Part shown: one piece after another, positions 29,063 through 38,644 of the stretch
Numbering within the stretch: position 1 is the stretch's first letter
Layout: every line of letters starts with the position of its first letter
From: Phoronis australis
Lineage: Eukaryota; Animalia; Phoronida
DNA length: 64,000 nt
NCBI GenBank assembly: GCA_002633005.1
Contig: NMRA01000067.1
Coordinates: 923,107-987,106 of the forward strand
Direction of reading: 5' to 3'
Notes under the pieces: model-generated
Told to the model about the DNA's origin: nothing
The model's database searches: none
What the model saw: only the letters and a program-made list of their open reading frames with translations
Made by a program: the position numbers and the translations under genes

Positions 29063-30381
29063 CATAAACCCTTTAAGCTGTACTTACACAGGACAACTGG
29101 GACAGTTGTATACCAAGAGCAGTGTTCACAAAGAAACCATGCAGTTGATAATTTTCCAGACTGATAGAAACAGAAAAGCAATTAGTTTTCTTTGAATTCA
29201 AAACGTAACCTGAATGCCCTATTGTCTAGAATTTTTTTAATGTTTTAGTCAGAAGCTGCACATTTCTATGCAAAACCAGGAGAATCCTGTTTGTTTTTCT
29301 TTCGAGGGCTTAGACATCTGGTCAATTGTTAGTTATGCATATTGTTTTATTTACATGAATGAGACACAAACAAGTAACACACATGAAGCAAAGAAGACAA
29401 ATAAGAACAATCTGAATTCACTTGGGTTTCCGAGGTCCCAAGAGATACAATAAACATTCTTCAACTCAAGAAGCAATCGTATCTCAGTCTGCAAACAGTG
29501 GGTTACATCAGTGGCCAGTGGTACATCCACTGTTACAATTATAAGCTGAATTTTGGTTTTGATTTTTTACATCATGTTTGTCCATAACACTTTAGCATTA
29601 TTGAAAACGACTGTGACAGGTTGAAGAATTAATTAACATGCCTGAGGAAACGTTTTGGTACATACGCATCACAAGAATAGTTGTACGGGATCTACACTTA
29701 TGAAATGAAAACAGCTTCACATCCTGGCGTTTTCCAGAATTAACCAAAAGAGCTCATAATCAAGTTGGCAATACAATCTTCTGACTTTTTGTCTGTATGT
29801 TAAAAGTTACAGTGCATTATTTGCACGAGTAGGCTCAGACATTGAGACACAGCCACGGTTAGTGGCATTTACAGGTCATACCAGTCACACCAGCAGATCA
29901 TGCAAGTCAGCAAGTTCACTCAAACCACAGATGCTAATTGAGGTAAATAGTCCCCATCAGGCCTCATGGGAAATATGAAAGTTGGACTGGCGGAATGGCA
30001 ACAACTAGTATAAGAAGAAGTCAAAATGCTTAGAAACGATTTTACAAAAAAGGACTTTTATAACTTCTTTTTGCTGAATAAAAAGAAGCACAATTGAAGT
30101 CCAAGATAATATGTGCACAGAGCCATCTATTGTTATTTATGAAACATTAGGTCATTTCTCACTATTTTTAATCCCATGGTAAAAGCACGTGGAAATACTG
30201 CTAATTTTCATGAGTTTTCTACAAAGTTTCCCACCATCAAAGTAGTCACCATGTACTACTATAAGTTAAATACTCATTCTTTACGAACCATTAAGGCGTT
30301 TTCCCATTGATCCCAACTTGTTTGATTCTATAGTCCAACAACAAGTAGGGATGAACACCTCTGCAATATCTTACACAACTG

Positions 30382-30900
30382 AAGCGTGGGCGCCCGCTAG
30401 TGTGCACTCGCGAACACAAGGAACAGCTCCTGAACAGCTGTGAGCGCTCACTGTGCGATCCAGTATGGCCACTCTGAAGCAGATAGTGTTGAACGTCTTA
30501 GCCGATGAGCTTAACACTAACAGTCCTTCCTATGCGTACTGAGCGATAAATATGATTAATCTTTGCCAATAATTATTAATATCGGCAGCCCAAGACAACA
30601 ACCGTGAAGGCTTCAGCCCGACAAGAATCGAAAATTACGTCGAGGAAACTGTTCCTCGCTACAGCGACCCGCAATTTAAGTCGCAGTTTCGGATGAGTCG
30701 GTCAACTTTTAAGGTTAGTTTTCGTGTTGCAGAACCATAATGGGTTCATATGTTCCAGACGTGAAGCTTTCGCAAGACGCCATCTTGGAAATCTAAGCGA
30801 ACATGCTCTCGAGGTTGTTCGCGAGCGCTAACGTGAACACAGCTGTTCAGGACGAGGGCGCTCAAATCGCTCGCGGGTGCTCACTCTATTGAACACGCTT
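30382..30900 (+). mobile_element. Internally deleted Harbinger transposon with transposase N-terminal remnant
   Basis: Ends AAGCGTG / CACGCTT; TSD CTG; remnant RIENYVEETVPRYSDPQFKSQFRMSRSTF (~30624-30710), typical of Harbinger/HARBI1 N-termini; empty-site paralog near 63150. Confidence 0.85.
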
Positions 30901-31464
30901 CTGATTAACTCCATTCTGGCATTGATGGTTGGAGGGTAGGCTCTCTTTTGTTCGATAATTGCTCTAACCTCTGATCAGATCCTATCTAGCCTAACTGGGC
31001 TGTGCTGCCAAAAATGAAAGTTAAGTTATAACATATTTGAACATAAACCAATAGCATTTCTGAATTCCTTGTCAAATGCTGATCATGTTTAGTTTTTGAA
31101 TTACCAAAATCACCAACTACAACAGAAGTTAAGACAATCCATTCTGTCAGGTTTCAGTAACCCTTTGAAGCCTGGGAGACAATAAAAGACTGTGCTGGGC
31201 AGTTAACAAAAGAGCCAGATGTTATCAGAACCCCTCACATCTGGAAAAGTTGCTGAACTGACAGTCGTCATCATGGTTTGCCCATTTCTATGTGACAATT
31301 TTATATGCATTACATACAGTAATTGGATCGTTAATCTGCATTTTGGATAAATTGAAATCTTAGGGCTATCCTGTCAAAACTGTCGTTATGTGGATTTAAG
31401 GCACTGATATTTAGCCAATCATCTCTATTGCATCTCCCATTCATTGTATTTAAAATAAGTCTCA

Positions 31465-33170
31465 ACATGTTGTGAACACATCCACTACCACAAGAAACTG
31501 TAGGAACATCACATTTATCCACCTTCACTCTTATCAGGCTTCTATTGTGAGTCAGCATGCGTTAATAATTGGCTGATAAGCCACCTATGGAACTACTTTT
31601 GGCTGAATGGATGACCAGGCCATCAAATGATAATTAGTCAAGACCAGTTTAAATAATGCAACAACCTTGGTGGAAAGCTGTATACTGTATTGGCTCCAAT
31701 AAACCCTTAGAAAAATTCATTTCAAGGTTGAGGGGACTCTTATTGTAGCCTAAGGTAGTTGAAACCCAGTTTCCAAAACCAGTAAAATCGGAAGCTAGGA
31801 TTCATCAAATTTACGCTTTGTGACGTATTTGTAGCCTATGACAGTCTTTCTACAAAATTGTGGTGCATTGCTATCACACTCCGTTGTTAAATTACGATCA
31901 TTTTTCAAAAAATTGTGCTGAAATCCCAGGGCGAAAACGTGCCGACTGATACGTCGCTGAATCGCGAACGTCGATAGGAAAACTTGAATTCTTGAATAAA
32001 AATATAGTTTCGACTCAACAAATTACCTGAAATCTTCCTTGTTTTACAATTTTTAAAGTTCGTGTGGAGTCCAGATTAATTGCGATTAAATCCAAATCTG
32101 CGCTACATCGTACCCCACAACACGAGAAAAATCTTTGGATGAACACGAGACGTTTGTTTTGAGCTTCGTCTGCATATGACAGTGAGTGAGCGAACGCGTG
32201 CGGGTCATCGACGACAGACAGGCGGAGGATTACGCAAGAAAATGGCGTTTATTAGATTGTTTTTCACTTAAACGGCTGCAACGTGCAAGGTGAGTACCGG
32301 TTAACTCACAGATTTTGTGTGCACAGGCCGACGGTCGTTTGCTCTACCGTAGAGTAAAACATTAATAGTCCTAGGCTCGATCTACATGTTGGGGACGAGG
32401 TGAACTACCTGGGCTGTGTGCAATTTCTGGGTCTAACGGAGACACTGACGCAGTGGTCAGCCAGCTCGCTGTATCAAGACTATCGTCAAAATCCAAATTC
32501 GTTTTATCGTGTCCATGTCAATAATAACGGCATGCTAAAGTTTCTTAATGTTCGTACTTCAGGAACATAACAATCACGTGTTTTGTATACATAAGTACAC
32601 GCCGCAGATCACATCTCGGAAATTTCCAATTTGACGGATGACAATGAATGAGCACAATGAAATTAAACAACATCGTTTTATAGTTTGTAAGAGTTATAAT
32701 AAACATATTTTGAATATTACAATGCATGTGTTCCAAAATCTAAATAACGTGGGTGCTATATTTTTGTATTCGTGCGCGCCGACTGAAAGTAATTGTGAGT
32801 GTTGCTGTGTTGCTAAATCTCTTATTCTGGCCCGATTTGAAAAATTCAAAGTTGTACCAACATTATTTCTCTCCTCTTTTCAAATATTACACTCAATACT
32901 ATGTAAAACGCTGTCCGTAAAAAGTACGTTCATCTAGGCTAGATTGTAATCAGCTGATCGTATCCGCATGAGCGAAACCAATTATTCTCGCTCGTGACTC
33001 AATGAATAGAGCAGCTAGGCACGATCCCTTTGATCGTGAGCTGAGCACGACACAGCCAAGGTGGATAGATAGGATCTAGTTCAATCGGCCAAACCCCACA
33101 GTTTTTCCTGATCAGTGGGGTTTGACAAGATCTCGTTTAGTGGGAGTCTTTATAGCATGAAATCAGAGTT
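31465..33170. repeat. Left arm of long inverted repeat pair (partner 46800-48303); contains Tc1/mariner-type terminus at 31685
   Basis: Extended reverse-complement match with indels (about 32300-32600 absent from the right arm); TA|CTGTATTGGCTCCAATAAAC terminus. Confidence 0.9.
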
Positions 33171-33262
33171 TGTAAACTTCGAACTTTTAGAAATAGTTCT
33201 CTATACCACTACAGTAGTGAGTCTCGCGTTACAGTAATCTATAATTGTTAGGCTACAATAAA

Positions 33263-33516
33263 CAAGGTACCTAAACTACACGGTCAATGGACTCATCCGC
33301 TTCCTGGGTCAGCTGACATCACCATTTTGTCCGTGACCCGTGTTTGGCGGTCCGTTAACCGTGTTTCCTCGGGAATATGAGTCTGTGTCCCGTGTATTTG
33401 GGTGCGTGGATCATGTTTTGTGAGTCAGTGGACGGTGTTTGCAGGTCCGTGAGTCGAGTTCATGCGTCCGTGCCCCGTGTTTATGAGCCCGTTGACCGTG
33501 TAGTTTAGGTACCTTG
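33263..33516. mobile_element. MITE with 25-bp perfect TIR and 5-bp TSD (hAT5-type)
   Basis: CAAGGTACCTAAACTACACGGTCAA / TTGACCGTGTAGTTTAGGTACCTTG; ATAAA on both sides; diverged relatives at 46416-46640 and ~48460-48634. Confidence 0.85.
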
Positions 33517-34016
33517 ATAAACGGAGCTTACATATCACAAAAGTATCATAGCAGGTTGGCAATAAGGGGCAGACTTTCGCTTTGGTGATTAAGCCAAATC
33601 AGGGCCTAGTGGGCCAGCATTGCGCGGGGGGGTGGTTAAAATTTCTAGAAAAATAAGGTGAACCTTTTGATATCTTACAAATGACTCAACATTAGTTTTC
33701 AGCAAGGCCCTGGACGCTGCTTAATTATGGTGAAGGGAAATCTGTATCCGTGGCAACGATGGCTCTCAGGTCTATGTTCCAGAGATTAGACGAAATTAGT
33801 AATACCAAAAATGAGGATGCCGTGCACGGTTGCTCACAAAGAACGAAACTCAGAAGTAATGTGGTCCACAAATAGAACACTCTCACATTACCTCCTGCCA
33901 TATTTTGAAATCAGGCTTTATTAAATGAGTGATTACACCTCATTACATACTCGAACGGAAATATTTGGTAGAATGGCTTTGCGTAATTTTTCATCTGATT
34001 GCATTTTAGTTAGTTA

Positions 34017-34259
34017 GTGGTGTGGTGTCTTAGACACAGGGTTAGATGTGTAGTTAGTGTAGCTTAGTGTAGTTAGTGCTTGCACTTTCTAGCTTTCAGC
34101 TTCTACGACCACCTAGTCCTCTGAGACGAATTAGGAAGGCATATATAAGACCCGCCTTGGTGGCTTTTAACTACCTCTAATCAAGACTCTTGCAGTACCT
34201 CCTCGTGGTACACCATGGTAACTGGGCACCTTGCTGCCCCAGGCTAAATTTTGCAAGGG
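34017..34259 (+). ncRNA. HDV-like self-cleaving ribozyme at the element 5' end
   Basis: P1 GTGGTGT(34017-23)/ACACCAT(34210-16) with G1-U wobble; P2 CTCTTGCAG(34187-95)/TTGCAAGGG(34251-59); P3 ACC/GGT with L3 TCCTCGT(34200-06); P1.1 CC(34201-02)/GG(34217-18); P4 CTGGGCA..TGCCCCAG; J4/2 GCTAA with candidate catalytic C34244; J1/2 about 160 nt. Confidence 0.88.
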
Positions 34260-34668
34260 ATCTCGGAAGAGGTTAGGCTCTTAAAGGTGCAACGTGCATG
34301 ACCCATCGGTGTATGGATATGCTCTGGCGTTCACCAACCTAACTCCCAGCTATGGGCAAATAGCACCCTTCATTGGTTGGGCTCAAGACTTACTACCTTG
34401 TCCCGTAAAATACTAGCTTTTTGTGGCTGAGCGGACGTGGTGCCTTTCAGATGCTCTCCACATCCCTGGCACTCAACGGTCAGAAGAACTGCAGGGAGCT
34501 GCAGGTGGAGCCGACCCCCCCATCAGAGTGGACGAAGTGTCTGTTGGATACCTTACTTGTCCTACGCACTCAACGTTCAGAAGGGCAGGAGACGACGGAT
34601 TGTCTTCTTGGTCAGGGGTCCGGGAGAGGTCACTCCCGGCTGCCACATTGTGTCAGTGAACATACCGG

Positions 34669-34907
34669 TGCGTGGCAGTTTACCGATTCTAAGCCATCAC
34701 CTCATCGGCGTCGGGTGGGCGTCAGGGGCCACGCATGACGGTGGGAGGGGTTCTTTAACCCTTATTGGTCAGTTGCCGCCCGCCTTAAGCCTGGCAGCCC
34801 CAGGCCAGTAGGGAACTGACCCGCCGCGGTTAGCCTGCCCCTTTGGGCGTAGGGGGCTTAGAGGTTGTTACAACCTCGACAGGCTTATCGTTACTCCATC
34901 GCCTGCT
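34669..34907 (+). promoter_or_regulatory. Dicistrovirus IGR-type IRES-like triple pseudoknot upstream of pol
   Basis: P1.1 TGCGTGGC(34669-76)/GCCACGCA(34728-35); PKII CGGCG(34706-10)/CGCCG(34822-26); PKIII GGTGGG(34740-45)/CCCGCC(34779-84); SL-IV GGGTT-CTTT-AACCC; stem GGTCAGTT/AACTGACC; SL-V GCCTGG-CAGCC-CCAGGC; domain 3 AGCCTG/CAGGCT with CCCCT-TTGGGCGT-AGGGG and SL-III GAGGTTG-TTA-CAACCTC; PKI GGGCG(34845-49)/CGCCT(34900-04); then in-frame GCT. Confidence 0.8.
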
Positions 34908-37900
34908 TCAAGACTTATTACAGAAGTAAACGTCCATACGGATGCTGGACGGCGCTACTGGGAAAGTGCAGCCGGACAGAACATCCGCCGTGGCGCCAGA
35001 AAGCGCGGACCTAGAAAGAAACGTAGAGGTAAAAGAGCTGGCAAACGAGCCCGTCAACTCAAGTACGAAAGACTTCAACTCAACCGTCTCAGGATTGGTT
35101 ACTGTAATATACGTGGCATACGGGGCAGCAAGCATATACTGGATAAAATCTGTGCGGGCTACGACATTCTCCTGTTTCAAGAAACCAAACTCAAAGACCT
35201 AACAGACTTTGAACTCGAAGGTTTCATTTTTCCTAGAGAGGGCATCACCAATGGCCTGGCGTACGCAATCAACAAACACAGCCACACCATGGTAGAGCTT
35301 GTGGATACTCACAGTTTCACTACCACTGACAGGCAACTACAGATTATAAGTATCACTGATCCTGGTTTCTGCGACCCATTCACACTAGTCAATCTGTATA
35401 TACGGGGAAACTCCTCCCCTAGTTGCGACCATTGGAATTTTCTTCACAATCTGCTTCACATCTATCCCGACATTCTCATTGTTGGTGACTTTAATGCTCG
35501 TCATTCCAGCTGGGATGTCTACGGTGTGAACCCAAATGGTAAAGGTCTCGCCGAATGCCTTCCAGAACTAGATTTATATATTCTCAACTCTGGTGAACCC
35601 ACTAGGATGGCTGAGAGACCGGGTGACAAGGACTCGTGCATTGACCTTGCTCTGTGCAGCGACAATCTTCGCGACCGTGCTAAGTGGCGCAGGAGTTGTC
35701 AAGCTGGAAGCGATCACTACTTGTGTGAAGTTCAACTACACCACCAATTAAAGGCTCCAGTAACGACTTACAAACGGCCCTACAATAATACCGAAGGGGA
35801 TAAAATCTGGAAATCAGTGTGCAGACACGCCAAAAGCTTACATAAGCACGTATGCCACCACAGGAAGCAGAACCCCCCTACTTGGTGGAATAAAGATGTT
35901 GACACTGCCTGGGCCAACAAGCGCTCCAAAGAGCGGGATTTTGATCGTGCACGTCAAAACTGCACACCGGAAGAGTTCACGGTCGTCAGAACAGCCAGAA
36001 ACAGGGCCACTGCCCTGTTCAAACGCTCAGCATCCGAGGCTGCCAATCGTCGATGGGATGAGCTTTGCAGCCGATCCAACTTGACAGCTACAGATTTCTG
36101 GCACTTCCATCGTAACATGGACAAGAGACGTGCTCCCCCCAGATCCATCCTACTGAATGCAAGCAACACCATTCTCAGGAATGACAGGGAACAGGGTGAG
36201 GCTTTTCTCCTGCGTTTCATCCAGCAAAGTGACCACAGTGATGAATCTGAAAGAAACCTCCTCATCCAACAACTAGATGGACTTTGCAAGACAGCTGAAC
36301 AGGACAGTCAATTCTCTGCAGCAGAGGTTGCGGAGGCTATCAAAACTTGCAAAGAGGGTGCCCCTGGCCCCGATGGCGTGAGAGTCCTGACACTCAAGTC
36401 TTTGCCTGACTTTCTGCTGGCCAAGCTTGTGAAGTCCTACAACGTCAGTTTGGCCACTGGAATCATCCCTCACATCTGGACAGATGCCTTCTTAATTCCT
36501 GTACCAAAACCTGGAAAAGACCATCGTGCACTCAAGGGATATCGCATCATAGTGATGCAGAACGTCATTGGAAAAATCCCTGAAAGGATCATGGCGCAAA
36601 GAATCACCAAGTTAATTGAACCCTGGCTCCTCCCAGGAATGGGTGCTTATCGACCTGGTAGAGATTCATGGGCCAACGCAGCTTCTGTTGCGGATGAGAT
36701 ATGGCAAGGTTTTGAAAACAAAGAAAACACTCTCCTCGTTGGCCTTGATCTAGAAGATGCGTACAATTCTGTTCAACTTCCAAAACTTGCGGATGGCATG
36801 CTTCATCTCGGTATTCCTGTACGATGCATTAGATGGGTGATGAGTGCCCTCAACAGCCGGCGATGCATGCTAAAACATCGTACATGGCGTTCAGAATGGG
36901 TATCTGTCAACACAGGCTTACCCCAAGGTTCACCTCTGTCCCCAGTGCTGTTCAATATCTACACCCTCCCACTCGCCAGACTGAACCGCGCTGACTGCCG
37001 ACTTCGCACCTTTGCAGACGACATGCTGCTGTCATCGCAAGGACAAACACATCATGAGATTCTCCACAAAGCACAGTCTTCATTGATAAAAATATGCGAG
37101 TTTTGTGCTACCAGCGGAATGAGCTGCAATGGAGACAAATGTGAAGCTCTCTTCTGTACTCTGGACAATCGCCTCAGTGTTGATGATTTCCCTTGCCCTA
37201 CCTACGATGGGAAGTTGATTGCTACATCTGACCACATGCGTCACTTGGGTGTAGAACTTGACCGCAGGCTCAACTTCACAACTCAAGTTAACAGTATGAT
37301 CAGCCGTGCCAACAGAGGAATCAATGCCCTTAGGGCTGCGGCTGGTCGGAAGGCGGAGGAAAGGCACCTCGTCATGCTTTATAAAGCCCTGGTCACTTCG
37401 ATCTTCGACTACGCTCTCCCCATGATCAACATCAGTAAAAATCAAATCAACAGACTTGAGAGGCTCCAGAACATTGGTCTTCGCGTCATCACTGGATGTA
37501 CGAGAACTACGTCAGTCACAGCATTACGTTACCTTGTCGGTATTCCCAGCATTGCAGACAGACAATCCCTTCTACAAGGTATTACTGTAGCCAAGGCTGT
37601 TCAAAGCCCCTTCCATCCATTACACAGTCAAGTGAAGACTGCACTTGACAGGTGCGTGAACTCCGTCCCTGCAACAGAAACTTATGGACTTCGTCCTAGA
37701 CCTTTTCGCAATGCCTCCCACCAAAGACTTAGCAGGTGCTCGTGGACTGTCGCTGCTGTTAACGCAACCATGGGTCTCATCGGCGAACACATGATCGCGC
37801 AAGTTGCTGCTTGGCTGCCAGTACAAGAACTTGGTGAGGAACCGAATGTCATCATTGCTTTCAACAGGGAAGCTCGGGAATGGCCTCCTGGAGTAGCCCA

Positions 37901-38606
37901 AGCATTGTGCCGTCAGCAATGGCGTGATCTTGGCGGTATTAATGCCATCATTGTAGCAACTGATGGATCCTTCGATGGTGAAACTAATCGTGCGGGATGG
38001 GGCTATCAAATACGCTGTGCTAACAACGTCATTGCAGAAGGTAGTGGCTGCCACCATATATCCACAAGCAGTACGCGGATGGAGTTTGAGGCTATACAAC
38101 GAGCCCTAACCAAGCTGTCACTCCTAGACCTGGAGAATCACACCATTATCTTTGCCACCGATTCCATGGCAGTGTTGATGAAAGTTCAATCTGGAAACCT
38201 CCCAGCCAACTGGGGTGTCTTCCGATCACGCCACCCTCATCATGTGGTGATCTGGTCTTTCGTACCTGGCCACGCCGGTGTCTTGATTAATGAGCGTGCA
38301 GATTACCTCGCTGGCTCATGCACCACCAACCAACCCCTCTACTTATATTCGGCTGACGTTAAGCTGCTGGCTCGCAAACGCAACCACGAGCAGACTGCAT
38401 CCCAGCTGGCTGAGTTCAATGATGGCAGCCGCCTGCTCGAAGCCGGTATTATTTATGGCCATGCTGCGAAGAGTCACAAGAAGGGCCGTGCCCAAGTGCT
38501 ATCTAATCATATGCTTACAGGCAACGTCAGCCCTGGAGTTCTGCGCCTTCTGCTGTCACGGGGATGGTCTGGGGAGGGGATTAATGCACCAGCATATCCC
38601 CAATGA
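34905..38606 (+). CDS. Retrotransposon pol: APE endonuclease, reverse transcriptase, RNase H; 1233 aa if initiated at non-AUG GCT 34905 (ORF track starts at internal ATG 35289)
   Basis: Frame is open from 34812 with no ATG before 35289. The upstream part encodes APE N-terminal motifs RIGYCNIRG and DILLFQET. Downstream: VGDFNARH, CIDL, GSDH (APE); LDLEDAYNSV, GLPQGSPLSPVLFNIY, FADD, HLGVELDRRL (RT); ATDGS, MEFEAI, TDS, VPGHAGVLINERAD (RNase H). Exact start is inferred from the IRES model. Confidence 0.92.
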   Translation, partial: ASRLITEVNVHTDAGRRYWESAAGQNIRRGARKRGPRKKRRGKRAGKRARQLKYERLQLNRLRIGYCNIRGIRGSKHILDKICAGYDILLFQETKLKDLTDFELEGFIFPREGITNGLAYAINKHSHTMVELVDTHSFTTTDRQLQIISITDPGFCDPFTLVNLYIRGNSSPSCDHWNFLHNLLHIYPDILIVGDFNARHSSWDVYGVNPNGKGLAECLPELDLYILNSGEPTRMAERPGDKDSCIDLALCSDNLRDRAKWRRSCQAGSDHYLCEVQLHHQLKAPVTTYKRPYNNTEGDKIWKSVCRHAKSLHKHVCHHRKQNPPTWWNKDVDTAWANKRSKERDFDRARQNCTPEEFTVVRTARNRATALFKRSASEAANRRWDELCSRSNLTATDFWHFHRNMDKRRAPPRSILLNASNTILRNDREQGEAFLLRFIQQSDHSDESERNLLIQQLDGLCKTAEQDSQFSAAEVAEAIKTCKEGAPGPDGVRVLTLKSLPDFLLAKLVKSYNVSLATGIIPHIWTDAFLIPVPKPGKDHRALKGYRIIVMQNVIGKIPERIMAQRITKLIEPWLLPGMGAYRPGRDSWANAASVADEIWQGFENKENTLLVGLDLEDAYNSVQLPKLADGMLHLGIPVRCIRWVMSALNSRRCMLKHRTWRSEWVSVNTGLPQGSPLSPVLFNIYTLPLARLNRADCRLRTFADDMLLSSQGQTHHEILHKAQSSLIKICEFCATSGMSCNGDKCEALFCTLDNRLSVDDFPCPTYDGKLIATSDHMRHLGVELDRRLNFTTQVNSMISRANRGINALRAAAGRKAEERHLVMLYKALVTSIFDYALPMINISKNQINRLERLQNIGLRVITGCTRTTSVTALRYLVGIPSIADRQSLLQGITVAKAVQSPFHPLHSQVKTALDRCVNSVPATETYGLRPRPFRNASHQRLSRCSWTVAAVNATMGLIGEHMIAQVAAWLPVQELGEEPNVIIAFNREAREWPPGVAQALCRQQWRDLGGINAIIVATDGSFDGETNRAGWGYQIRCANNVIAEGSGCHHISTSSTRMEFEAIQRALTKLSLLDLENHTIIFATDSMAVLMKVQSGNLPANWGVFRSRHPHHVVIWSFVPGHAGVLINERADYLAGSCTTNQPLYLYSADVKLLARKRNHEQTASQLAEFNDGSRLLEAGIIYGHAAKSHKKGRAQVLSNHMLTGNVSPGVLRLLLSRGWSGEGINAPAYPQ

Positions 38607-38607
38607 T

Positions 38608-38644
38608 CCTGTCCGTGACAGGTATTACAGGTATTACAGGTATT
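38608..38644 (+). repeat. Retrotransposon 3' end: CCTGTC-CGT-GACAGG hairpin plus (ACAGGTATT)x3 tail
   Basis: Begins one nucleotide after the TGA stop; three 9-bp units at 38618-38644 abut the TSD. Confidence 0.85.

Larger units (their letters stand above)
34017..38643 (+). mobile_element. Full-length non-LTR retrotransposon (APE-RT-RNase H; I-group, Ingi-like)
   Basis: TTAGTTA direct repeat at 34010-34016 and 38644-38650 (TSD). Single long intact ORF, structured ~890-nt 5' leader, very short 3' end with hairpin and (ACAGGTATT)x3 tail. Clade assignment is from domain order and motifs only. Confidence 0.93.

Noticed and set aside
34115-34140. Hammerhead ribozyme core near CTGAGACGAA
   Set aside because: Lacks the CUGANGA...GAAA core and helix arrangement; better explained as a J1/2 hairpin of the HDV-like fold.
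34437-34811. 124-aa ORF in frame with pol, with possible TAG readthrough at 34809
   Set aside because: GTG start and no domain; the stop lies inside the IRES-like fold, and the PKI-GCT junction explains initiation more simply.
34905-35100. 2A-like ribosome-skipping peptide as in L1Tc and some APE-type LINEs
   Set aside because: No DxExNPGP motif in the extension.
35289-35291. ATG 35289 as the start of pol
   Set aside because: It lies downstream of the APE motifs CNIRG and LFQET, which are in the same open frame.
35954-38099. Antisense ORFs within pol
   Set aside because: Expected shadow ORFs of a long coding region; no motifs.
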